A stretch of 63,692 bases of DNA, the filler included, from Octopus bimaculoides (lineage: Eukaryota): assembly GCF_001194135.2 (NCBI RefSeq). It is 6 parts of 4 records of this genome, joined end to end, with 100 filler letters (N's around TTAATTAATTAA, not from the genome) between each part and the next. Parts side by side here need not be neighbours in the genome. Positions count along the whole stretch, not along the records: positions 40,062 to 58,130 come from NC_068985.1; positions 58,231 to 60,679 come from NW_026380113.1; positions 60,780 to 63,692 come from NC_068985.1; 3 more parts are not named here. One strand, written 5' to 3'. The notes below the pieces were generated by a model. That model saw nothing but the letters and a program-made list of their open reading frames with translations. It ran no database searches and had not been told where the DNA came from. A program made the position numbers and the translations under genes. Positions 51,150-63,660 of this stretch are shown here, in pieces. Each line of letters opens with the position of its first letter. Within the stretch, counting starts at the first letter, position 1.

Positions 51150-51822
51150 TAGTGTTTCCAGAGGTTCCGAGCCGGAAACTACAGCCTAGAAGGATGCCTC
51201 GGAAACTACGGCCTAGAAGATATTTCGAGCTGGACGAGGACATCCTGCAAAACCTGGTAGAACAAAATCCCATCGTAACTGTTGTGGAACTAGAAGAGAA
51301 GCTTGGATTTGGTCATTCAAACATTCATCGACACGTGCGCTTGAAGAACAACTCAAACCAAGCAATAACAAAGGAGATCTACTGCGAGCAGCTTGAGCGG
51401 CTTAAGTCTAAGTCAGCGCTAGAAGGAAAATGACCATCTTTATTTTTAAGACGAAATATGTTCTCCCATCAGGAATAATGCTCGGCCACATATTGCAAGG
51501 TTAACATTCTAAAGGCTGGAGCGGTTTGAATGAAAAACAATGACCCAGCCACCATATTTGCCGGACATTGCCCCATGTGATTATAATTTATTCAACAATC
51601 TTTGGACGGAAAAAAATATGAATTCTATAGACGAGGTCAGAATAGTACTGGAGGGTTATTTTTCGTCACGGACAAGTGAATTTTGGAAGAGGAACCTTGC
51701 AAGTCAACCAGATAGATCGAAGAGCATTGTGGAAAATGAAAAAGAGTACATTTTAAGTTAAAAAGTATTTTGTTTATCTTAATTCTGAAAAAAAAACGCA
51801 TTATTTATGGGATGACCTAATA
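51150..51822 (+). pseudogene. mariner (DD34D) transposase, internally deleted, with right TIR
   Basis: ELDEDILQNLVEQNPIVTVVELEEKLG..NIHRH..ITKEIYCEQLERL..NARPHIA..TQPPYLPDIAPCDYNLF..EFWKR. I count 34 residues between the second and third D positions. The right end reads cgcattatttatgggatgacctaata; no left TIR was found. Confidence 0.85.
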
Positions 51823-51835
51823 GCTATTTAATGTA

Positions 51836-52040
51836 AGACGGTGAGTTGACAGAATCGTTGGCACGCCGGGCAAAGTCTTAGCGGCATTTCGTACGTCCTT
51901 ACGTTCTGGGTTCATATTCTGGGTTCATATTTATCATTCAGGGGTCGATGAAATGACTACCAGTTGAATACTAGGGTCGATGTAATCGACTTATCCCCTA
52001 CCCGAACTTAGTGGACTCGTTCCAAAATTTGAAACCAATG
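51836..52040 (+). mobile_element. SINE of the 25755 family
   Basis: acggtgagttgacagaatcgttggcacgccggg..ggggtcgatgaaat..ggggtcgatgtaatcgact; contains an internal 13-bp duplication (ttctgggttcata). Confidence 0.75.
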
Positions 52041-54781
52041 TAAATACATTATGTGATATAAGTAAGCTAAGACTATGTACGCATATCCAATCACGAACCG
52101 CTATCTTACTGGAAAAGCAGGTGCAAGAACCTGCCGGCTGTTCTGTTGCATTTCTGGCATGTTTAATGTCATTGAACAAAGGAAATCTATTTCTGATATT
52201 CTGAAGAGGACATATTTATTTTCAAGAAAAGCTTAGAGGCTATAATCAATCGCAGACTCTCCATGTTGTATGCAAATTTACACAGCATTTTACTGCAACA
52301 GAAAGGTGGAATGGGGAAATATCTAAATTTAGGCATCCTAATGTATAAAATAAGAACAAAAAATGAAATTGGTATATTTTGTTATTAAATTCACCAAGTG
52401 TGCGATTTGCATTAATTTCTTTCATTGCTTCATATGTCGTTATCCCCAAAGTACAGATAACATGATTGGAAACGAGGTCAGCTAATTTCATGGAGCTGAA
52501 TGTCTCAAAATATTTAGATTTACTAGCTTCTGAGTGCTATGTAAATATTTCAGAAATTGTAGAAACAATATCATGTTTAATCTACATAAAGAAAAATACA
52601 GGTTGTATTTATGTAAGAATAAGAAATTAGTATCTTGCAATAATATCATTACTTCTGTGCAACAGAGGCCTATAAAAGCACTTGTTTAAAATGAACGGTA
52701 CTTGTCATTCAAACTGCCAAACAGCGTTTAATATAAGTTTTTTTCACAAAATTGCAAGAAATTGCAATGATTTCAAGGTAGCACAAGAAACTGACCCACC
52801 TCTGCAGACTTGGAGAAGATGCGTTATGAAAATCATAAATGTGTGGTTTCCGTAGATACTCATACGTTGCACCTTCTTCGATAAGATATTGTTTACTCGA
52901 AATAGTCGTGCAGCTTACGTATACGGGCAGAAAATATTCTAAAGGCAATTTTTAGGGAATTATCCAGTAATTACACAGGTATTAAATTAAAGAATAAACA
53001 TTTGCAGTTTCTCAAATAACAAAACCTAATTATAAATAATCTCCATTTTTTAGTTTCAATAGATAAGACTGAAGAATTGTGCTCCAGTTACATAAAACTT
53101 AGCTATAATATAAACATCAGATATCATTACTCCCAGAGCCTCTTTCCTATGTAGAGGAGGATGTTAGATTTCATCTGGATGGGAAACAATTGAAGCAGAT
53201 ATTAGAGAAGTAGGGATACACATTTGAAACACTAGCAGGATTGAAACAATAGCAGGATTATCCAGGAATATTACACATTACAAAGTTGCGTAAAGTAGTT
53301 TATTCGGTGTAAATTACTTATCATTTTTGTTATATGATAACTTAGTTCTAGAAATGGTATATATTTCTAAGCAGACGTTCTAAGGTTTTGCGCAGGAGTA
53401 GACAGATTTAGAAACGGAAGGTTGTTTTAGATGCATGTGAAATATTAATATCATGTATATTGATATCATTTTTGTAGTGAAATATACATTTGTTAATTAA
53501 TTAGTTGTGATAGAACAAATGTGATCTGTTTTTGAAAAAAATCGCTCAGAATAGAATCAAGAATATTTCGAACAATAAAATTCACAAATATCACTACGAA
53601 ATGTTTCTGTAAGTGCTATAAATTTAATATTGAGACTGTGCGAGAATGATGGAAATGATGTTGTTGAAATCTAATTTCAAGCGAAACATTTCCGAACAGA
53701 TCAATGAACAAATGTGTCTAATACATGATTGTCGTGTTAAATTAATTTTTCTGCGGACATACCGCAAGAAACTAATATCTCCATTTGATTGTTATGACTG
53801 TCGGTCGTGATTTCATGCGGATTTGATTGATGTTTATAGTTAACAGAATGGCAAATTTTAAACTCCATTATCGGCATAAGGAATATCAATAGCAATGGTT
53901 TACCACCATATCACATATTAATTTTTCATATTCATACTCATTTTCACAAATCCGATTTTAAAGAACATTTATTTTCGTTTCAAGAAATAATAATTTGCGT
54001 TGGTTTTATTGGTGCTTGTCTTTCACCCCATGTTATTACTATTTGAGCATGCGTAGAAAAGTGTATAATACTTGTATGCATGTTACTATCTTTATAATCA
54101 TTATGTGTGTAAAATAACTTCCATAGTTGGAAGTCCTATACATTTTTGATAGGGATAAAAGAGACATTTAATTCGAAATACACTGGACCTTTTGTTTGTT
54201 TACCAATGGTAAATAACTTTCATTGTTGTTCGTACATTTATACACAAATAGGCAAATAAAACTCTACACATTTGTTACATGTTACGCAGTGAGACCACCA
54301 TTTAATTCTCTTAAAATACGAAATTTGTATCCCATTTTACTACGGGCAAAACCAAATTAACGCCGACACGAAGTAAACATAAAGCGGTTGGGATGAGAAA
54401 TTACAAGAAATATAGGAAAATTGATTTGTGCCGCCTCTTTGAGTGACTGCTCCTTAATGGGAGAAATGTGACAGCAGCAATATAAATAGTTATAGGTCAC
54501 GGTGACATTCTCTTACATACAAGGTGCTATCCGATACTGAAAACAATTTAAATTAGTAAAAAAAACTTTCCTCTTATTAGGTTCCCGCGGAAATATGCTT
54601 GTGCATTACAGCGAGAAAATATCGTGGTTGGTCTCATAGTCAATCATTACTATCGATCAAACATAGCTTGTGTATTCTCATTATAATGGTGTATACAACT
54701 TACTTCACTATATAATAACACTTCCATCCATCTATATACATATATATATATATATATATAAATATATGCATGCATGCATTC

Positions 54782-54860
<79 letters not shown>

Positions 54861-55529
54861 NNNNNNNNNNNNNNNNNNNNNNNNNNNNNNNNNNNNNNNN
54901 NNNNNNNNNNNNNNNNNNNNNNNNNNNNNNNNNNNNNNNNNNNNNNNNNNNNNNNNNNNNNNNNNNNNNNNNNNNNNNNNNNNNNNNNNNNNNNNNNNNN
55001 NNNNNNNNNNNNNNNNNNNNNNNNNNNNNNNNNNNNNNNNNNNNNNNNNNNNNNNNNNNNNNNNNNNNNNNNNNNNNNNNNNNNNNNNNNNNNNNNNNNN
55101 NNNNNNNNNNNNNNNNNNNNNNNNNNNNNNNNNNNNNNNNNNNNNNNNNNNNNNNNNNNNNNNNNNNNNNNNNNNNNNNNNNNNNNNNNNNNNNNNNNNN
55201 NNNNNNNNNNNNNNNNNNNNNNNNNNNNNNNNNNNNNNNNNNNNNNNNNNNNNNNNNNNNNNNNNNNNNNNNNNNNNNNNNNNNNNNNNNNNNNNNNNNN
55301 NNNNNNNNNNNNNNNNNNNNNNNNNNNNNNNNNNNNNNNNNNNNNNNNNNNNNNNNNNNNNNNNNNNNNNNNNNNNNNNNNNNNNNNNNNNNNNNNNNNN
55401 NNNNNNNNNNNNNNNNNNNNNNNNNNNNNNNNNNNNNNNNNNNNNNNNNNNNNNNNNNNNNNNNNNNNNNNNNNNNNNNNNNNNNNNNNNNNNNNNNNNN
55501 NNNNNNNNNNNNNNNNNNNNNNNNNNNNN

Positions 55530-55567
<38 letters not shown>

Positions 55568-55714
55568 GAGTATATATGCAGATATGACAGATGTAAATAG
55601 ATACAACATAAACAGTTTTATGTTTATTCTAACTTGTAGAGGTTTATATTTCTTATCAATTGACATTTTTTTTTATTTCTCAGGTTCTATATGTGACTGC
55701 TTAATAATGCTATG

Positions 55715-56763
55715 TACAATAGAAGCCTTGGAACTGTCTCAATTTCAAAGAGACCGTATTGTGCGTCATTCTGAAGATGGACATATTCAGCGTAAAATCG
55801 CGGAAAACCTTGGCATCTCGCTTTCTACAGTTAATAGAATGATTGTATAATTCACTAGAGAGAGGAATAAGTACACATCACCTCACCCAGAGCAACCAGA
55901 GCCCTCTGACTGGATCCTTAACTTTGCTAAGAGAAGTGTGGAGGATAGTCCTCGTTGTAAGCCGTCTGGCATAGCAGAACAAGTTGATATCAGTCTCAGC
56001 ATAGCTGTAAGGTATCTCTACAAATTTGGTTACTATGGTAGAACAGCAAGAAGGAAGCCAATTCTTCGAGCAGCCAACAACAAACAGAGCAAAGATTGGA
56101 TCACTGAGATGGTGGAGAGGCTACTAGCATTTTGGGAAACTGTCATATTCTCTGATGAGTCCAGATTTGCTGTATTTACTGACAGTGGTCCGTTGTGGGT
56201 CTGGATATTCTGTAATTACGAATTTGATGTTAAAAGATGGCAGCCAACAATGAAACACAGGAACTATCCTACGATGGTCTGGGGAACAATTTGGAGCAAT
56301 GGCTGATCAGAGCTGGTGCAGTTTGAGGGAAACATAAACTCAGATAAATATGTGTCCATATTGCAGAAAGGACTCCTTCCAATATTCTCCATTGGTGAAA
56401 TGATCAAAGAAGACTCTTTATTTTTGGAAGATGGAGCCCCTTGTCACACGGTTAAAATGACCCAAGATTTGTTGGATGAGAAAGGCATGCAAAAGCTTCC
56501 GTAACCAAGCTAGTCACCAGATATGAACCCTATTGATCACCTCTAGAACATAATGGACAGGAAGCGCCATAATAAGTAAAAGAAAGCATCACGAAAGACA
56601 GATCTTTTCAGATTACTACAGGAAACATGGTAAGAAATTCTGCAAGAGAATATTCGTCATCTGATCAGTAACATGCCTCATAGTGTTCTTCCATTTAAAA
56701 ATGCAAAGGGCGCACTAGCTATTAAATATTCAAATCATAATGATTAATAAATAATTTGGGGTG
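55715..56763 (+). pseudogene. Tc1-like transposase pseudogene (DD34E-type spacing) with right end ..GGGGTG|TA
   Basis: [19 protein letters not shown], then ARRKPIL, WETVIFSDESRF, MVWG, EDGAPCH and SPDMNPIDHL (third residue E>D, 34 spacing). Several W/Q/R codons appear mutated to stops. The left TIR is probably inside the N gap. Confidence 0.9.
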
Positions 56764-56786
56764 TATATAAATAAATAAATAAATAA

Positions 56787-56829
<43 letters not shown>

Positions 56830-57324
56830 CAAACACTTTTCTTCCTTTATTTGTTTCAGGTCTTTCACTGAGGCCATGCTGGAGCGTCGCCTGACTTACA
56901 CTTTTGNNNNNNNNNNNNNNNNNNNNNNNNNNNNNNNNNNNNNNNNNNNNNNNNNNNNNNNNNNNNNNNNNNNNNNNNNNNNNNNNNNNNNNNNNNNNNN
57001 NNNNNNNNNNNNNNNNNNNNNNNNNNNNNNNNNNNNNNNNNNNNNNNNNNNNNNNNNNNNNNNNNNNNNNNNNNNNNNNNNNNNNNNNNNNNNNNNNNNN
57101 NNNNNNNNNNNNNNNNNNNNNNNNNNNNNNNNNNNNNNNNNNNNNNNNNNNNNNNNNNNNNNNNNNNNNNNNNNNNNNNNNNNNNNNNNNNNNNNNNNNN
57201 NNNNNNNNNNNNNNNNNNNNNNNNNNNNNNNNNNNNNNNNNNNNNNNNNNNNNNNNNNNNNNNNNNNNNNNNNNNNNNNNNNNNNNNNNNNNNTATATAT
57301 ATATATATATATATATACACTTCG

Positions 57325-57742
57325 AATACGGAGCAAATAATTCAGGAGAAAAAATAATTCGCGTGAAAATAATTTGCGAAGATATTCATCGACTCTATTA
57401 TAATCTGGTGTAACAATTTAAAAATTATAATAACACAATCAATAATACAGGCGCTTGTAAGTCCTCACCAAAAAATGCATTAAATAGCTGAAGGATTAAA
57501 TTTGACCAAAAGAGATACTAAGTATGTCTACCCGCTGGAAATAATGTCAACAATGTCTACCTACAGGAAACAAAAATCAATTTAGATCGTCAATGTTTTT
57601 TTTGGACCTGCATTCGCTTATATTATTTATTCTTTTATTATCATTTTTTAATTGTTACACTAGGTAATAATAGAGTCAATGATATCTTCGAAAATTATTT
57701 TCCTGCGAATTACTTTTTCTCGTGAATTATTTGCTCCGTATT
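57325..57742. mobile_element. MITE with about 100-bp terminal inverted repeats
   Basis: 57325-57424 (aatacggagcaaataattcaggagaaaaaataattcgc..gactctattataatctggtgtaacaatt) is the reverse complement of 57644-57742 with scattered mismatches. Confidence 0.8.
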
Positions 57743-58095
57743 GAAATTATTTTCACACTGGTGGCTGCCAAAACGAATCAGTCGCAGCACAGATCTCAAC
57801 ATGACGGGTTGGGGCTCTCTATCATGGTAGCGTGTACTGAGTAGGGGAGACTATTATACTAGTCCAGAAACCGATCCATGTGAGCCCAAATACTTAAATG
57901 TATGCTCACAGTCTGTCTTACCTCGTTTGCCTTTCGACGGTTGATTTTTGTAGTTATTATCAAAGTATTTTAGGAATTTAAATAAGAGATTTGACTGTTA
58001 CTTCCAACAGGTAGACATGCTTAGTATCTCCTTTGAGTAATTTTAATCTTTCAGCTATATATTTATTTATTTTTATATGTATACGGGTATATATT

Positions 58096-58129
<34 letters not shown>

Positions 58130-58528
58130 TNNNNNNNNNNNNNNNNNNNNNNNNNNNNNNNNNNNNNNNNNNNNTTAATTAATTAANNNNNNNNNNNNNN
58201 NNNNNNNNNNNNNNNNNNNNNNNNNNNNNNGTGAGTGTGTATAAAAACAGGAGATTGTAAAAAAAAAAAATTGGTCTCGTTTATTCACTATTATAGGAGT
58301 TTCATTTGCTAACAGGAGTTACAGAATTGCACATGTAGGAGAAACATGTATATCGCCTACATGTACAAGCTTGTAACTCATATTAGCAAATGAAACACAT
58401 GTGATGGTGAATAAATAATACCTAAAATGCTTTACAATTTCCTGTTTTCATATGTAATTAGTTTGCAAAAAAACATTTTCCAGCATTTTTTCAACTCTTA
58501 TGCCTCACACAAATATAACATCTACATA

Positions 58529-59466
58529 GGCGTAGGAGTGGCTGTGTGGCAAGAAGCTTGCTTACCAACCACATGGTTCCGGGTTCAGTCCCACTGCGTG
58601 ACACCTCGGGCAAGTGTCTTCTTATATAGCCTCAGGCCAACCAAAGCCTTGTGAGTGGATTTGGTAGATAGAAACTAAAAGAAGCTCGTCTGTGCTGGTG
58701 GCACATTAGAAAATCATTCAAGCGAGGTCATTGCCAGTGCCACTGGACTGGCTCCCATGTAGGTGGCACATAAAAAACACCTTTTTGAGTGTGGCCGTTG
58801 CCAGTACCCTCGTGCTTGTGGCACGTAAAAGCACCCACTACACTCTCAGAGTGGTTGGCGTTAAGAAGGGCATCCAGCTGTAGAAACTCTGCCAGATCAG
58901 ATTGGAGCCTNNNNNNNNNNNNNNNNNNNNNNNNNNNNNNNNNNNNNNNNNNNNNNNNNNNNNNNNNNNNNNNNNNNNNNNNNNNNNNNNNNNNNNNNNN
59001 NNNNNNNNNNNNNNNNNNNNNNNNNNNNNNNNNNNNNNNNNNNNNNNNNNNNNNNNNNNNNNNNNNNNNNNNNNNNNNNNNNNNNNNNNNNNNNNNNNNN
59101 NNNNNNNNNNNNNNNNNNNNNNNNNNNNNNNNNNNNNNNNNNNNNNNNNNNNNNNNNNNNNNNNNNNNNNNNNNNNNNNNNNNNNNNNNNNNNNNNNNNN
59201 NNNNNNNNNNNNNNNNNNNNNNNNNNNNNNNNNNNNNNNNNNNNNNNNNNNNNNNNNNNNNNNNNNNNNNNNNNNNNNNNNNNNNNNNNNNNNNNNNNNN
59301 NNNNNNNNNNNNNNNNNNNNNNNNNNNNNNNNNNNNNNNNNNNNNNNNNNNNNNNNNNNNNNNNNNNNNNNNNNNNNNNNNNNNNNNNNNNNNNNNNNNN
59401 NNNNNNNNNNNNNNNNNNNNNNNNNNNNNNNNNNNNNNNNNNNNNNNNNNNNNNNNNNNNNNNNNN

Positions 59467-59518
<52 letters not shown>

Positions 59519-59746
59519 CACATGTATGTATATGTTTGTGTATCTGTGTTTCCCCACCCCCACCATTGCTTGACAACCGATATTGGTGTCTTTACGTCCC
59601 CCTAACTTAGAAGTTCTGCAAAAGAAGCTGATAGAATAAGTACTAGGCTTACAAAGAATAAGTTCTGGGGTTGATTTACTCAACTAAAGGGGGTGCCCCA
59701 ACATGGTCACAGTCAAATGACTGAAACAAGTAAAAGAATAAAAGAA
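58529..59746 (+). mobile_element. CORE-type SINE interrupted by another repeat (58690-58910) and an N gap
   Basis: Head at 58529-58690 and 3' half at about 59490-59746. The inserted sequence matches the 59812-60430 family (gtggcacgtaaaagcacccactacactctc..gaagggcatccagctgtagaaac). Confidence 0.7.
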
Positions 59747-59811
59747 TATATAACTTTGGAGTGTTGAAATAAGCAGATATGCTTCGAGAGGACACTACTT
59801 GGACTTTAATA

Positions 59812-60430
59812 TCATCATCATCATCATCATCGTTTAATGTCCACTTTCCATGCTGGCATGGGTTGGACGATTTGACTGAGGACTGGCAAGCCAGGAGGCT
59901 GCACCAGGCTCCGATCTGATCTGGTAAAACTTCTACAGCTGGATGCCCTTCCTAATGCCAACTAGTCTGAGAGTGTAGTGGGTGCTTTTTACGTGTCACC
60001 AGCACTGGTATTGACCACGCTCAAATGGTGCTTGTTACACATGGGAGCCTGTCAGATGGTACTGGCATCAACCACACTCAAATGGTGCTTTTTACATGCC
60101 ACCAATATGAGAGCCAATCAGGCGGCACTGGTATTAACCATGCTCGAATGGTGCTTTTCATGTGCCACCAATATGAGAGCCAGTCAGGCAGCACTGGTAT
60201 TGACCATGCTCAAATGGTGCTTTTTACGTTCCACTGGCACGGGAGCCAGTCAAGCAGCACTGGCATTGGTCACGCTTGAATGGTGCTTTTTATGTGTCAT
60301 CGGCACAGGTACCAGTCAGGCAGCACTAGCATCAACTACATCAATGATTTCACTGACTCAACAGGTCTTATCAAGCACAGCATATTGCCCGGCAATTGAA
60401 GGGTACTTTTAAATGAGCCAGTTATGCAAT
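59812..60430 (-). mobile_element. Retroposon with an (ATG)n 3' tail and an internal 66-bp minisatellite
   Basis: The minus-strand end reads ccaacccatgccagcatggaaagtggacattaaacgatgatgatg. Same-family pieces lie on the + strand at 58690-58910 and 60597-60679. Confidence 0.65.
60001..60340. repeat. About 5.5 copies of a 66-bp minisatellite
   Basis: Unit gcactggtattaaccatgctcgaatggtgcttttcatgtgccaccaatatgagagccagtcaggca, starting near 60001, 60058, 60124, 60190, 60256 and 60322 (the first unit is shorter). Confidence 0.85.
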
Positions 60431-60779
60431 ATTATGTAGACAGGGTTAAAATCCAAGCAGTATCTTCTCAAAGCAATCTGTTTATTCCAATACACCAAAA
60501 TTGAATGTAGATGTTATATTTGTGTGAGGCATAAGAGTTGAAAAATACTGGAAAATATATTTTTGCAGAATAATTATGTATATATTCAAGCATGGCCAAT
60601 GTCAGTGTTGCCTGACTGGCTCTCGTGCTAGTGGCACATAAAAGCACCCACTACATTCTTGGAGTGGTTGGCATTAGGANNNNNNNNNNNNNNNNNNNNN
60701 NNNNNNNNNNNNNNNNNNNNNNNTTAATTAATTAANNNNNNNNNNNNNNNNNNNNNNNNNNNNNNNNNNNNNNNNNNNN

Positions 60780-61555
60780 AGAGTAAAATGTTGAAGCCAT
60801 TTGGAGCCCTCTTAACGCCTTAAATAGATCAACTCATACCCCACAAATTTGTCTCGGTCCAGTTTCTCTTTGAGAACTGTTCCATGTACCACACGACAGC
60901 AGCAGCAGTTCCAGCGACCACTTCATCAGCTTCGTCCAGCCAACGATGACCACCGCCGTCGCCACATCAGCAACAAGAGTCTACGACTACTAACCAGCAA
61001 CATCGTCATGACCAACACGATTACTACCAAGCAGCCTCTACACCACCAGCGTCAACACGACTCACTATGTACACCAAACCAAACCTCTGCGGCACATCTC
61101 TCTTTTCGATTCTGTTAGGTGACTCAGCTTCACCACGATAAATAAACAGACAAGAGTTCTCAGCCAGCGACGAACATCTGTATAACAAGAATCACGGCCC
61201 GGCATCGATGCCACGACATCACAACTAGTGATCAGCTCTGCCACACTTTCACATACAGAACTTTTCCTATAGTGTACTAAAGAACCGGTATAATTGCTCT
61301 CGTGTTATTGACTCTCCTTCTCTGCTGTAATATTTCACATACACACGCTACAATAAATATATCTGTTATTCATCTAATACGGTTGTGGTCCTTCATTACT
61401 GGTCATCTATGTTATCGTCGCATAACATATTAGTATATCATCTTCGATATATTATTGTGTGTTCGACCGTGTGACGCGTTTAAATAAAAGGAGTCCTCTG
61501 TTTTTCCATTCGTCACCATTTCTCCTTTTATGAGTTCGCACGGTCGTCCCTTACA
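60780..61555 (+). mobile_element. LTR-like non-coding element (left copy), ending ..CATAACA-spacer-hairpin-CTTACA
   Basis: Homologous in inverted orientation to 62461-63416; AATAAA lies upstream of the CATAACA end. Confidence 0.55.
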
Positions 61556-61561
61556 TATATA

Positions 61562-62344
61562 CTAGATGTAATTCCTGTCGTTGATTGGGTAATTACTTTT
61601 ACTGTTTCTCGAGAGCCACATTCAAAGTGTTATTGTATATATAATTTACTCCTGTTTGTGTGTATTTTTATAAGAGAAAAATATGATGTAGAAAAAATAT
61701 CAATTTCATACATGAACTTCTGTTTGTTTATTATATGACAATAATAAGTGAGTTGTATGTGTTATTTTATATATTAATACAGTAATGGAAATTATATAAT
61801 GCATACATACAACTGCTTTCGACAATAGAGATTACTGTATAATTTCTTCTATGTTCATAATTTTTGGTCTACAGTATTGAAAAATATATGCCACCAAAGA
61901 AAAGATGTAATCTCTTCGAAACTGATATAACTGGTATGCGAGGAATGAAGACAGTGTCACCTTTACCACAACCAGTAAGAATATTTGCCTCAATGTTGTT
62001 TCTCATAGGTTTGTGCACAATTAGTGTTGTGACGTTGCATAATTTTTGTTGAGATAAATTAGGCAATAGCATAATAGGAGATATAGGAAAAGGCATAATG
62101 GATTCCCTTGAACCATTCAGTTTCATTTTGGTGGACAAACAAACGAACAAACACACAAACGGACAGAATCTCTCTTACATACATACATACATAAACACAC
62201 ACATGCATACATATACACACACATGCATACACACACACACATATATAAAAGATATAACTTAAGATAAGAACAAAGAACCAATTGCTTTCATTTTGGAGGA
62301 CAAACAAAAGAACAAACTCACAAACGGACAGAATGTCTCTCTTT

Positions 62345-62360
<16 letters not shown>
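61562..62360 (-). mobile_element. Non-autonomous Helitron carrying a PIF1-helicase C-terminal fragment
   Basis: Translation SPIMLLPNLSQQKLCNVTTLIVHKPMRNNIEANILTGCGKGDTVFIPRIPVI matches the Helitron/PIF1 pattern G.PIMLLRNL....LCNGTRL......NVIEA.ILTG...G..V.IPRIP. The 3' end is a degenerate hairpin plus CTAG|T at 61562. The 5' side reads TATATATAAAAGAG. Confidence 0.8.
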
Positions 62361-62399
<39 letters not shown>

Positions 62400-62460
62400 N
62401 NNNNNNNNNNNNNNNNNNNNATATATAGGAGACCAAAAGTGTACTACGCCGCTATATGTA

Positions 62461-63416
62461 TGTAAGAACGACCGTGCGAACCAAAAGGAGAAATGGTGAC
62501 GAATGGAAAACAGGCTCCTTTTTTAAACGCGTCACACGGTCGCCACAAAATATAAAATGATAAATATGTTATAATTCTATAACATAGAAAACTAAGAAGT
62601 TTGCCAGTAAGATACAAGATAGGAATGACTCAACCGATAAAGATGTATAACAGTAAGATTTATTGGAGCATTAAATTGTATGTCTGTGTGTGAGTGAATG
62701 CGACATAATAAAACACAATATAAGACTGGCTGTCATGTAAAACAAGAGTGCGTATACAAATGTATGTAAGAGTTACAGAGTATAGATAAGAGTCAGTAAC
62801 ACGGATAATACTATAAGATACCAGTTCTTAGTTAGGGTACACAGTAGTAAGTGTCTGTATATAAGAGTTTAAGGTTAAGGCAGAGCGGTCACTTGTCGTG
62901 ATGTTGGGGCTTCTATGCCGGGACGGATTCTTGAATACAGATGTTCTTCGCAGGCTGAATTCTGGCTGTTATTTCGTGGTGAGCAAATCACACAAACAGG
63001 GTTGAGAAGGTGCGGTGGCTGTTTGGTAGCTGTTGCTAGCTTGTGTACGTGTAGAAGTCATGTTGACGCTGGCGGCGATGCTGGTAGTCGTAGTTGAAGT
63101 GGTTGTTGATGTCGTCGCTGGAACTGGCTGGTTGGTTGGTGCTGTGTTACGCGTGTGTGGTCAAACGACCAGATCCTACAAGATCTGAGCCGCGACGAAT
63201 TGGCGGGTATTTAACAGGCTATTTATAGATACAGATAGGCTCCAGAAAAGCATTAGAAAAACACTCTCACGTGACCTTATTAGTGGCTACGGTTGGTCGG
63301 TTTGCGTCCTGAGGCGAACGGACTGGAGATAATTTACCCGCGAAAAATAATAGTCAGTCAGGTGATGGACACAGCAGGTGGGAAAGAGTTGCTTTCTACT
63401 ACGCTCGCCTGTTAAT
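62461..63416 (-). mobile_element. LTR-like element (right copy) with TATA box, polyA signal, LTR end ATAACA and PBS-like TGGCGACCGTG
   Basis: Minus strand shows tataaatagc, aataaatc, ..ttataaca, then tgTGGCGACCGTG, and ends ..cttACA at 62461. Confidence 0.6.
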
Positions 63417-63660
63417 ATATATACTAGTGAGAGAAGTGTTCACTACATGTATATATATAAAAAAGAAAACAAAATATGGAACAAGAACGTAACATGTTAG
63501 ATGACGAAATGATCGCAGAACAACCTGAAATGAAGTACTTTACTCAAGAACACAACACAACGCCCGGTCATGAAATTGAAACCACGATTTCGCAATCGTG
63601 AATGCAACACCCTAACTACTAACCACATATATATGTGTACTGTGTATATATATATATATG

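Noticed and set aside
585-59683. Long ORF-track entries dominated by X or by YI/CV/HT/SL and homopolymer runs
   Set aside because: They are translations of N gaps and di/trinucleotide microsatellites, with no coding signal.
59978-60412. 144-aa ORF with 22-aa repeats as a host gene
   Set aside because: Fully explained by a 66-bp minisatellite inside a retroposon.
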